Shown here in pieces: positions 51,087 through 60,018 of a stretch of DNA of 64,000 nt (position 1 is the first letter of the stretch; each line of letters starts with the position of its first letter). The stretch comes from an uncultured archaeon (GTDB taxonomy: Archaea > Thermoplasmatota > Penumbrarchaeia > JASLWR01): NCBI GenBank assembly GCA_964342815.1, contig CAYFHS010000001.1, positions 115,849 to 179,848 on the forward strand. Reading direction: 5' to 3'. The notes under the pieces are model-generated. The model did not search any database and had not been told where the DNA came from. It saw nothing but the letters and a program-made list of their open reading frames with translations. A program made the translations under genes and the position numbers.

Positions 51087-54000
51087 TTACATAGATTCGA
51101 TCATTCCCTGAGTCTGACAGACCGGGCAGGTGACCAGAGCTGGAAGCTGCACTATCTCGGCTGTATAATTGTTACTGCAAGAGTGACACTGTATCTGCTG
51201 GAATCCACTTCGATTACCGCCACTGTTTGGTGGCGGAAGAGAAGGGGAAGCAGATTCCTGCGTTTCCGAAGATGAAGCCAACAGACCCGTCTGTTGGCGA
51301 TTCATGGTTATCTCATTTGCAGCCTGGGCCGGAGTTTCCATCGGAACGGGAGGCTCCCGGATATCGGATTCCTCTTTTAAACTACCTATTGTGGCGAGAT
51401 AAGCGTCAAGTTCCCCGAGATCACCTGTATTGGCATTCGTAGGATCAATAATGGATGATGGACCTGTGGCTGCTGGGGCCGGAGGTGAAATTAGCTGTTG
51501 GCCGAAAGGAAACTGCTGTTCATCTACACTGGGCGATATGGTTTCAGGTTGTATCGGATTGATATTTGTTTGCGCTTCAGCGTGTATGGGTCCGGGAGGT
51601 AATGCCATCCTGTTGAGATTCTGCGAGCCTTGCTCGGTGGAGAACTGTGGAAGTGAGTAAGTGGTGCTGCCTGCGGCACCCGTACCAAGCTGACCGTATG
51701 GGATCTGCGGTTGTAATTGTAATGTGGGAGTTTGTCCGGGGGCAGCCGTCCCGAATTGCTGGGAGGCCCCCATCCCCGATCCCGAATTCATCATCATGGT
51801 AGGGGTATTCAGTCCTTGCATAGCCATGACCGCCGCTTGGTATTGCGCCATTTCTCCATAGCCCTGCTGCCCGGCTTCAGACATGTATTGACCCTGACCA
51901 TAGGGATGCTGGGATGGGCCGTATTGTGATTGTAGCGGGGGAGACTGGACGCTGGGTTCTTCGTCTTTTTTTCTTTTTCTCACTACAAAGAATATAACCA
52001 AAATCAGGATGATCAACAGTAATAATCCCCCAAGAACTACAAAAAGCAGTGAAGAACCTTCACTCAATATTCCCAATTTCTCCTGGACGACAATATCCGG
52101 CTCACCTTCCGGGGAAACCGCCCCGTTATGCGGGTCGGTACCTTTTTCGCGCTCCAACCCGTCCGAGAATCCGTCCCCGTCGCTGTCCCGCTCATAAGCT
52201 GCTTTAGAACCCACTTCGATTTTAACCTTCGCGCTCTCATTGTAACCATTCCCGTCTGACACGAATACAGTTATTGTATGTTTTCCAGGGGCCAGCACGG
52301 CATATTTAACACTGCCGACCCCCAGGAGCTGGTTGGCGCTGACATTGGATGTCCAGTAATAGGTGAGATTGTCTCCATCCTCGTCGGATGAATCGGAAGC
52401 ATCGAATGTAATTTCGCCGTCATAGCGGTAATACGACCCAGCTTCGGGAGATGAAATTTCTGCATCCGGCTTCGAATTCACCCATACCCTGTAAGGCAGT
52501 GACACATTGTACCCCGTTCCCATGACATCGTTGGCACGCCAACGTATGAAATTATCGGACCCCCATTCGAACTCCAACTCCATTAGAACCTGCGTGGGAT
52601 TCCCCTCTACAACGTTAACTGCCTTCTTCCACGGCCCAAAACTTTCATTGCCGCCGCCCCCTTTGGCGACAGAATATTCGACGGTTTGGGGATCTACCCC
52701 CGATCCGTCGTCCAGTATCTGTATGAAGCATTCCACGGACTTTCTGTCCGCAAAATCATTCTCGTCCGGTGTGAAATCGCCGAAATACACCGGGGAAGTA
52801 TCGATTTTCAGATTGAATTTGTCTGACGAGGTAAAGGGATTTCCCACCATGTCCGTGCCTCTGAACATGATGTAATTATCCTTCCCTTCCGGGTAAGTGA
52901 AAGTGACGGCTATTTCATAACCGTCGTCACCGAATTTAGTTATATTTTCCCGGTCAATTTGCATCCATGTGCTGAAATCATTTGGGCCCGACGTGGATAT
53001 CCTTGTTTCGAAGCTTTGCGGATCCAAGCCGCTTCCGGTATCGCTAACCGTTATCTTTGTTGTTATTGAATGGTGATCATACCAATCCTTCGGGGGTGAT
53101 ATCGCATCGGCAAAAATGACGGGAATCGTGTCGATCTTTATGTTTATGGAAGGCGATTCCGCAAAGCCGTTCCCCGAAACGTCCTTTACCCTCCATTTTA
53201 TGTAATTTTCTTCACTCTCCTCAAAGATGTATTTTACGCTGGCCACCGTCGGTTCGTTCTCTAGAGGCACCCATGCAGGTAGCCAGAAATCAAAACCGTG
53301 TACTCCATCATTGGACACGGAGTATTCTATTGTAGTGACGTCGACTCCCGAACCAGTGCCGTCATATATTTCCACCATGCATTCTATGTCCGTGTGATTG
53401 CGCCATGAACCGTCCAGGGGAGTATGGTTCGAAAAGACCGGCAGCGTAAGGTCCACCAGTATGCCCGAATTTCCTGCCTCTCCAATGTTTCCCACATTAT
53501 CGATGCTCCAAACGTAAATTTCCGCAAATCCTTCACCCAGCTCATCGATCTTTACTTCTGTTTCATTGGTGAAAGTCCCATTTGTGGTTCCCGAATTGTC
53601 CAAATGAGAATAATAATAACCCAATAGACCCGAAGCCGGGTCCTCCACTTCGTCCCAAGTGACGTACATCTCGGCCTGGTTGGTATTCTCCGTCTCTTTG
53701 TCCTTGAAACCCCCGGCCCGACACTTCAGATTAACGGGAAACAGGGGTGCTTCTGCATCGATCTTTACCGGGAAGCTTAGATTTGTCATGCAAATACCGG
53801 AACCGGGGATGTTCTCGATGGTTATGAGATATTCCTCAGCCGGGTCGGTGACCTTTTGCGTATTAATGGAAATTGAAATCCCTTCCACGCTGGATGAATT
53901 GTCCCACCACGTTTTTCCGGTCCTGTCCATGATCCTGACATTGAAGAATTCATCATCCGGGTACCGCATTGGAGACCCTGCATATATCACTGTAATATTG

Positions 54001-55418
54001 CTGACGGTGATTGCCTGATTTCCCTTTACCCATGATCCGGATTCGATTTTACCCTGTTCGTCCCCGAAAAAGAATGGTGTGCCTTTAAACTCGAAATCGT
54101 TCTCGACACGACAAATATGAGGGAATCTCTTCATCCGTGATTTGCCGTTGCTGGCTCTTATCTTGACAAAACAGTCAATCTTCTTCTCATGTGGAAAAGT
54201 AAAATTAAATCTGATGGAGAAATTTACAAACCATTTATCATCACCGTTATTTGAAAAAGCACTGTCTTTGACCAGAAGCTGCACATAGCCGTTTTCGTCC
54301 CCCAATTTGAAGAATTTCCTTTGCGTCCAGTTGAATCCCAGGGTGGCATTTGTTGTATTATAATCGAGCCATACCTCCATTTCAGAGGCATCGTCAAGGG
54401 TTTTGGTGGTGGTGATATTCACGCTGAGATTATATGAGCTGTACTCTGCATAACATACTTTTCCGTCGTCTATATCACCTTTCAATGCCGCAGATTCCAC
54501 GTTCGTGATCCTTACCCCCCCAATTTCGGGATAATGATAAACGTTTCCCTGATTCCAGACGAGAAGACTGTTGTCCTCTGCATTGTAAGAGGTATGGGCG
54601 ATGTATCCTCCGGCACCGAGACTGTTTGAGTACGAGCTACGGGAGGAAGTGCTGGTATCGTATTTGTAATTGAAGGTTGCGCTGTTGTATGAATTTCCCC
54701 AGTACAATACACCGCCGACCATGAATGCCCAGCCCACGTTTCCCTTGTTCCTGCCAGTATTCCAGGTTTTTAAAACGTTCAGATTTTCATCCAGTTGGCT
54801 CAATTGCATGGGTTGTGAGGTCGATGTCGCCCAGCAGACGTAGAGACCGGTCTCGTCACTCATAAGATTGATATCAGTGTAGCCGCCCCAATTGAAATGG
54901 GCCCGGTTGTGAAATCCCGCGTTTGGCAGTGCCCTCGATAGTACTTGAGCCATGTCCGTTGTCCTGCATTTTACCAGTGTGTTGCTGTTGTACTGCGCAT
55001 AGTAGAGATGGTTGTTGTAAATTGTGTGATAGGTTCCTTCGGATTGCCGTGGGAGATTAAATTGTCGAACACCGTTATTATTGATGAAGTTGGCCAGCGA
55101 AGTGTATCGATATACCGTTGACTCCCGATAGCTGTTATGATAGAACACATGTCCGTTCGATTCGTCCACATCTATAAAACCATAAGTGCTGAAACCACCC
55201 CTGATCTGCCCGAAATTATTTGATAATTGTCTCATCTCTTCATCGCTGCGTGTTTTTTTCACGCTGTTTTCCGCGGTCATTTCTCTTCTGACATTTATGG
55301 AAGTTTTCAGGGAGGGCTCCTCAATTGCGTCTGTAAGGTAGCTTTGGAAAGCCGTACTTATCATCACAACAAATATTGGGATGATTATTATCTTAGTCAA
55401 TTTCCGATTCTTTTTCAT
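51087..55418 (-). CDS. Array paralog P7: surface protein with olfactomedin-like head
   Basis: LPNAGFHNRAHFNWGGYTDINLMSDETGLYVCWAT...LSQLDENLNVLKTWNT...AFMVGGVLY...YKYDT...SYNAEDNSLLVWNQG matches olfactomedin motifs in order; stalk from CYAEY (Cys 54455); carries the 108-bp insert. Confidence 0.9.
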   Translation of the reverse strand: MKKNRKLTKIIIIPIFVVMISTAFQSYLTDAIEEPSLKTSINVRREMTAENSVKKTRSDEEMRQLSNNFGQIRGGFSTYGFIDVDESNGHVFYHNSYRESTVYRYTSLANFINNNGVRQFNLPRQSEGTYHTIYNNHLYYAQYNSNTLVKCRTTDMAQVLSRALPNAGFHNRAHFNWGGYTDINLMSDETGLYVCWATSTSQPMQLSQLDENLNVLKTWNTGRNKGNVGWAFMVGGVLYWGNSYNSATFNYKYDTSTSSRSSYSNSLGAGGYIAHTSYNAEDNSLLVWNQGNVYHYPEIGGVRITNVESAALKGDIDDGKVCYAEYSSYNLSVNITTTKTLDDASEMEVWLDYNTTNATLGFNWTQRKFFKLGDENGYVQLLVKDSAFSNNGDDKWFVNFSIRFNFTFPHEKKIDCFVKIRASNGKSRMKRFPHICRVENDFEFKGTPFFFGDEQGKIESGSWVKGNQAITVSNITVIYAGSPMRYPDDEFFNVRIMDRTGKTWWDNSSSVEGISISINTQKVTDPAEEYLITIENIPGSGICMTNLSFPVKIDAEAPLFPVNLKCRAGGFKDKETENTNQAEMYVTWDEVEDPASGLLGYYYSHLDNSGTTNGTFTNETEVKIDELGEGFAEIYVWSIDNVGNIGEAGNSGILVDLTLPVFSNHTPLDGSWRNHTDIECMVEIYDGTGSGVDVTTIEYSVSNDGVHGFDFWLPAWVPLENEPTVASVKYIFEESEENYIKWRVKDVSGNGFAESPSINIKIDTIPVIFADAISPPKDWYDHHSITTKITVSDTGSGLDPQSFETRISTSGPNDFSTWMQIDRENITKFGDDGYEIAVTFTYPEGKDNYIMFRGTDMVGNPFTSSDKFNLKIDTSPVYFGDFTPDENDFADRKSVECFIQILDDGSGVDPQTVEYSVAKGGGGNESFGPWKKAVNVVEGNPTQVLMELEFEWGSDNFIRWRANDVMGTGYNVSLPYRVWVNSKPDAEISSPEAGSYYRYDGEITFDASDSSDEDGDNLTYYWTSNVSANQLLGVGSVKYAVLAPGKHTITVFVSDGNGYNESAKVKIEVGSKAAYERDSDGDGFSDGLEREKGTDPHNGAVSPEGEPDIVVQEKLGILSEGSSLLFVVLGGLLLLIILILVIFFVVRKRKKDEEPSVQSPPLQSQYGPSQHPYGQGQYMSEAGQQGYGEMAQYQAAVMAMQGLNTPTMMMNSGSGMGASQQFGTAAPGQTPTLQLQPQIPYGQLGTGAAGSTTYSLPQFSTEQGSQNLNRMALPPGPIHAEAQTNINPIQPETISPSVDEQQFPFGQQLISPPAPAATGPSSIIDPTNANTGDLGELDAYLATIGSLKEESDIREPPVPMETPAQAANEITMNRQQTGLLASSSETQESASPSLPPPNSGGNRSGFQQIQCHSCSNNYTAEIVQLPALVTCPVCQTQGMIESM
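51195..51302. repeat. 108-bp in-frame palindromic insert, copy in P7
   Basis: Identical by eye to 55619-55726. Confidence 0.85.
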
Positions 55419-55487
55419 ATTTTAACTCCTCGGTTCCGGAAGAGAAATACTTGTCGAGATGATGGGGTGAAAACAATGAAATTCCAC

Positions 55488-55504
55488 TATTAATAGTTAT
55501 CCGG
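55488..55504 (-). promoter_or_regulatory. Candidate BRE-TATA upstream of P7
   Basis: Minus strand CCGGATAACTATTAATA. Confidence 0.45.
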
Positions 55505-55510
55505 AATATC

Positions 55511-58500
55511 TCATATGGATTCGATCATTCCCTGGGTTTGGCAGACCGGGCAGGTTACCAGAGCTGGAAGCTGCACTATCTCGGCTGTATAATTGTTTCC
55601 GCAAGAGTGACACTGCATCTGCTGGAATCCACTTCGATTACCGCCACTGTTTGGTGGCGGAAGAGAAGGGGAAGCAGATTCCTGCGTTTCCGAAGATGAA
55701 GCCAACAGACCCGTCTGTTGGCGATTCATGGTTATCTCGCTTGCTGCTTGGGCCGGTGTCTCCATGGGAACGGGAGGTTTGGGGGGCTCTGAGCCCGGTG
55801 ATTCAGTCATACCGCCCAATGCGGCCAAGTATGCATCCAGTTCTGCCAGGTCGCCGATATTATCTGAGGAGGGCCCGGTTGTCTCCATAGCAGGAGATGC
55901 TGCTGTTTCAGCCACCGTATCTGGCGGCGGAGACGGTAACGGTTCAGCTGGAAATGTCGAATCCACTCTCGTTGAAGATATTGGATCTGGCGGCGTTGGT
56001 AAAGGCGTTCCCGGCGATCCTGCATCCGGCAGGATGGGGGGTTGCAGAGGCATGTCAGGAACAGAAGGTGGATAAGCAATCCCCAAATCCGCTGCAACGG
56101 GTGCTGGAGGTGAGGCGGGGCCTGGAGGAAGCGCCATTCTTTGGAGATCCTGCAGTCCCTGATCGGTTTGGAAGGAAGGAAGTAAATAGCCAGGATCCGC
56201 TGGGATACCCGGGCCAATCCCCGGAGGACCCTGCTGGGATGGAAATGCTTGAAATGCGGGACCACCAGGAACAACGTGGGGCCCGGGAGGCAGCATCAAT
56301 TGCGGCGATTGTATCCCCTGCATTCCAAATCCCGCTCGATGGCCAGGGTCGGGACCTGAATATCCCTGCGAGACAGGAGTCTGGTACTGTCCCTGCTGGT
56401 AAGGGTGAGGACTAGGTCCTGGGTACGTCTGCTGCGTGGGACCCGGAGCGGAGGGGGCGGGTACCTTCTTTTCGGATTTTTTCTTTTTCCTTAAAATGAT
56501 GAAAATGATCAGTATCACTAACACGAGAAGGAAGATACAGGCTAGGATTATGAAAAGTAACGAAGATCCACCGCTCAGTATCCCGCCGGGTTCCGTGATC
56601 ACTATGTCGGGTTCGCCTTCCGGGATTACGGCGCCGTTGTGTGGATCGGTTCCGGACTCCCGTTCCAGACCATCCGAGAAACCATCCTCGTCGCTATCCT
56701 TTTCGTATTCGACCCGGCTGATCACCTCGATTTTTACTTTCTCACTCTCGTTGTATCCGTGGCCATCAGAAACGAATAAACTGATTGTATGTTTTCCCGG
56801 GGCTAATCGAACAATGAACTTGGCATCACGTCCGACAGAGCGGTTCAAACTGACATTGCTAGACCAGTAAAAGCTGAGGTTGTCCCCATCCTCGTCGGAG
56901 GACCCCGAAGCATCAAAGGCAATTTCGTCATCGTAACTGAAATATGACCCTTGAGCTGGTGATGTAATAATCGCTTCAGGTTTTGAATTCACCCATACCC
57001 GATAAGGGATCGATATGTTGTGTCCGGTCCCCATCATATCGTCGGCCCGCCAGCGGATGAAATTGGCGGCCCCCCAGTCGAATTCCAGCTCCATAAGAAC
57101 CTGTGTGGGATTGCCTTCTACCACATTTACTCCCTTGTTCCAGGGCCCAAAATTTTCATTGTCACCCCCGTTCGCAATTGAATATTCCACTGAAGAAGGG
57201 TTCACCCCAGAGCCGTCATCGAATATCTGAATGAAACATTCCACCATCTTGTCGTCCGCATAATCGTTCTCTAAAGGCGTGAAAATCCCGAAATATACTG
57301 GCGAGGTGTCGATTTTCAGATTGAATTTATCAGATAATGTTATGGGGTTGCCAACCAGGTCCGTTCCCCTGAACATGATGAAGTTATCCTTTCCCTCCGC
57401 ATACCTGAATGTGACTGTAAGTTCGTGGCTGCCGCCATCGTTTTCACTGATGTTTTCGGCGTCTATTGACATCCACCGGCCGAAATCATTAGGGCCGGAA
57501 ACAGAAATTCTTGTTTCGATGCTGTCCGGCTTCACTCCACTTCCGATATCGCTAACCAATATCGTTGTTGAAATTTCTGCATAATCATACCATTCCATCT
57601 GAGGCGATATCTCCGCTGCGAAATTGATGGGAGTTGTATCAACCTTCAGGTTAACAGATGACGATTCGACAAATCCATTTCCTGTTATATCCTTTGAACG
57701 CCATTTTATATAATTATCTTCGCCCTCATGAAATATATATTTTGTACTTGGCACCATGGGTTCATTATTCTCGGGTATCCACGCAGGTATCCAGTAATCG
57801 AAACCATGCACTCCGTTATCCGACACTGCATACTCGATGGAGCTGCCGTCGACTCCCGATCCCGCCCCATCAAAGATCTCGATGGAGCAATCTATGTCCG
57901 TCTGATTGTGCCATGAACCATCCATGGGGGTATGGTTCGAAAAAACTGGCGGTGAAAGGTCCACAAGTATGCCGGAGCTTGCGGATTCGCCGATATTCCC
58001 GACCATGTCAATGCACCATACGTAGATCGAGGCAAATCCTTCGTGAAGGTTCTTCAATTCCACCTCGGTGACATTCAGAAAGGTACCGTTGATACTTCCC
58101 GAATTATCTGCTTGTGAATAATAATATCCCTTGAGTCCGGATGCGGGATCCTCTACGGCATCCCAGGTTACGAACATACCGGGCTGATTCGTATGCTCGG
58201 TCTCCTTATCCTTGAAATCATCGGCATGACACTTTAGGTTGACGGGATAGAGAGGAGGGTCCGCATCAATTCGTACGGGGAAGGTCAGATTTGTCATGCA
58301 AATGCCGGTTCCGGGTATATTCTCGATGGTGATATAATATTCTTCTTCCAGGTCGCTAACGTTTCTCGAAGTCAGATTTATTTCGACGCTCTCGTTACTG
58401 CTTTCATTGTCCCACCAAGCTTGCCCCGTTTTATCGGTAATCTTGACATCGAAATAGTCGTCCTTGGGGTAGATATCAACGGCTCCCGCATATCGTACCA

Positions 58501-59824
58501 TAAGATTCGCGACGTTAATATTCTCATTACCCCGGATCCAGTCGTTTTTCTCCAATGCTCCCTGAAATTCACCGGTTAGATCTGGAATACCCACCAGCTC
58601 CATGTCATTCTCAACCTTGAACAGATTGGGGAAGCGGTCGGTTCTTACAATTCCCGTGATAGCAGCGGTGCTAATGAAACAGTCCACCTGGTCTTCGTGG
58701 GGAAAGGTGAAATTGAAAATTACGGAGAAATTGAGCCACCACCTTTCGACACTGTCGGTGGTAACAGTGGAATCGTCAACAAGAAATTGAACGTGTCCGT
58801 CAGTGTCCTGATATTTGTAGAAACGTTTCTGCGTCCAGTTATAGCAAAGAGTAGCATTTGTAGTGTTATAATCAAGGAAAACCTTTACCTCGGAGACCTC
58901 GGTTAGTTCCTTCGCGGATGTGATATTAACACTGAGAGTGTACGGGCGGTGCCGGGCATAGCATATCTTGTTCTCGTCACCATGTCCTAAAATGGCGGCG
59001 TTATCGGCATATGCCGTAAGATCCACTTCCAGCCAACATGCCACAGGCATCCCACCCTGGTTTTGGCCCACAGTGAGAAGAATATCGGAGCCCTGCGGAA
59101 TGGTAGTTATCTCTCCGTGGGACGCGGAACTGCCTGAGAACGAGGGACGGTTCATGTTTCTCACCATGGGGTGATTGACCGCCACCACGAAATTATGGCT
59201 GTTACCATTTCCATTGGTCCTTACACCGAAAGGGCCGGGAACGCCCCTGGACCAACGGCGTTGATAATTCGTACCGAACATGTCGATCAGTATTCCCCCG
59301 TTATTCACATAGTCCTCCATGGTTGAAACCATGGACTCCATCTTGTTCATATGCTGGTTCGGCTGGTATTCGGATATTATGATCATACGAAAAACATTCG
59401 GGTCAAAATCATTCACATTGACCGCACCGGCACTTTTCTGTGTAAATTGTATCCCCCTGGTGTTCATCTCCCGGCGCCAGCCGTCAGACCAACCCTGATG
59501 ATCCCATATTATGAGTATGGGCCCCGAATCCGCATGGGTTGGCCAGAGCCAATCGAATGTATTCATGATGAAGAAACGGGAATGTTGGCCGTTCCCGTAA
59601 CCGTAACTTGCTATGGTCCCAGTGACAAAATAAATTCCCTTATCACCGGCGCTCCTTTTATTTGATGTTATGGCCAATTGCCTCGAAGGGTTCTTTGGCT
59701 TCACCTCTATTTCCTGGTTTTCTTGGAGGGCCATGTAGGAGCACAAGGACAAATATCCGGTTCCCATGATACAGAAAACAACAGCAATCGACACCACCAC
59801 GGGCATTATATTCGATCTTCCCAT
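55511..59824 (-). CDS. Array paralog P8: surface protein with GATase/ThuA-like head (apparently circularly permuted)
   Basis: Head FRMIIISE...MEDYVNNGGILIDM...NHPMVRN; stalk from CYARH (Cys 58963); GGAGA RBS; carries the 108-bp insert. Confidence 0.88.
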   Translation of the reverse strand: MGRSNIMPVVVSIAVVFCIMGTGYLSLCSYMALQENQEIEVKPKNPSRQLAITSNKRSAGDKGIYFVTGTIASYGYGNGQHSRFFIMNTFDWLWPTHADSGPILIIWDHQGWSDGWRREMNTRGIQFTQKSAGAVNVNDFDPNVFRMIIISEYQPNQHMNKMESMVSTMEDYVNNGGILIDMFGTNYQRRWSRGVPGPFGVRTNGNGNSHNFVVAVNHPMVRNMNRPSFSGSSASHGEITTIPQGSDILLTVGQNQGGMPVACWLEVDLTAYADNAAILGHGDENKICYARHRPYTLSVNITSAKELTEVSEVKVFLDYNTTNATLCYNWTQKRFYKYQDTDGHVQFLVDDSTVTTDSVERWWLNFSVIFNFTFPHEDQVDCFISTAAITGIVRTDRFPNLFKVENDMELVGIPDLTGEFQGALEKNDWIRGNENINVANLMVRYAGAVDIYPKDDYFDVKITDKTGQAWWDNESSNESVEINLTSRNVSDLEEEYYITIENIPGTGICMTNLTFPVRIDADPPLYPVNLKCHADDFKDKETEHTNQPGMFVTWDAVEDPASGLKGYYYSQADNSGSINGTFLNVTEVELKNLHEGFASIYVWCIDMVGNIGESASSGILVDLSPPVFSNHTPMDGSWHNQTDIDCSIEIFDGAGSGVDGSSIEYAVSDNGVHGFDYWIPAWIPENNEPMVPSTKYIFHEGEDNYIKWRSKDITGNGFVESSSVNLKVDTTPINFAAEISPQMEWYDYAEISTTILVSDIGSGVKPDSIETRISVSGPNDFGRWMSIDAENISENDGGSHELTVTFRYAEGKDNFIMFRGTDLVGNPITLSDKFNLKIDTSPVYFGIFTPLENDYADDKMVECFIQIFDDGSGVNPSSVEYSIANGGDNENFGPWNKGVNVVEGNPTQVLMELEFDWGAANFIRWRADDMMGTGHNISIPYRVWVNSKPEAIITSPAQGSYFSYDDEIAFDASGSSDEDGDNLSFYWSSNVSLNRSVGRDAKFIVRLAPGKHTISLFVSDGHGYNESEKVKIEVISRVEYEKDSDEDGFSDGLERESGTDPHNGAVIPEGEPDIVITEPGGILSGGSSLLFIILACIFLLVLVILIIFIILRKKKKSEKKVPAPSAPGPTQQTYPGPSPHPYQQGQYQTPVSQGYSGPDPGHRAGFGMQGIQSPQLMLPPGPHVVPGGPAFQAFPSQQGPPGIGPGIPADPGYLLPSFQTDQGLQDLQRMALPPGPASPPAPVAADLGIAYPPSVPDMPLQPPILPDAGSPGTPLPTPPDPISSTRVDSTFPAEPLPSPPPDTVAETAASPAMETTGPSSDNIGDLAELDAYLAALGGMTESPGSEPPKPPVPMETPAQAASEITMNRQQTGLLASSSETQESASPSLPPPNSGGNRSGFQQMQCHSCGNNYTAEIVQLPALVTCPVCQTQGMIESI
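55619..55726. repeat. 108-bp in-frame palindromic insert, copy in P8
   Basis: Flanked by ATG codons at 55616-55618 and 55727-55729. Confidence 0.85.
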
Positions 59825-60018
59825 ACTTGCATCTCCTTTTTATCATAATGCCCGTTTGGAGTGAAAAAATTCGGAAAATCATAGATTTGTAACTATATAT
59901 AACTTGTCCAAATTATGATTAAATATCATTGAGAGAAACTGAATCGGTTCATTTCATCTTGTATTAATTTGACAGAAATTCCGAAACTGTAATATTCTAA
60001 TTCAAAGATGTAAGTGGC

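Noticed and set aside
51227-55890. Repeated plus-strand ORFs MVAEEKGKQIPAFPKMKPTDPSVGDSW (51227-51442, 55651-55890)
   Set aside because: Antisense reading of the duplicated 108-bp insert; no independent coding evidence.
23670-59824. Diversity-generating retroelement or invertase-driven shufflon explaining the variable heads
   Set aside because: No reverse transcriptase, recombinase, template/variable repeat pair or adenine-specific differences seen; the heads are different folds and every gene has its own start and signal peptide.
23670-59824. Polymorphic toxin (Rhs/CdiA-like) locus
   Set aside because: The variable part is the N-terminal ectodomain, the heads resemble binding folds, and there are no small immunity ORFs between genes.
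28161-59824. Calling the GATase-like heads active glutamine amidotransferases or peptidases
   Set aside because: Only the fold pattern is recognisable; I could not identify a conserved nucleophile-elbow Cys or His-x-Glu.
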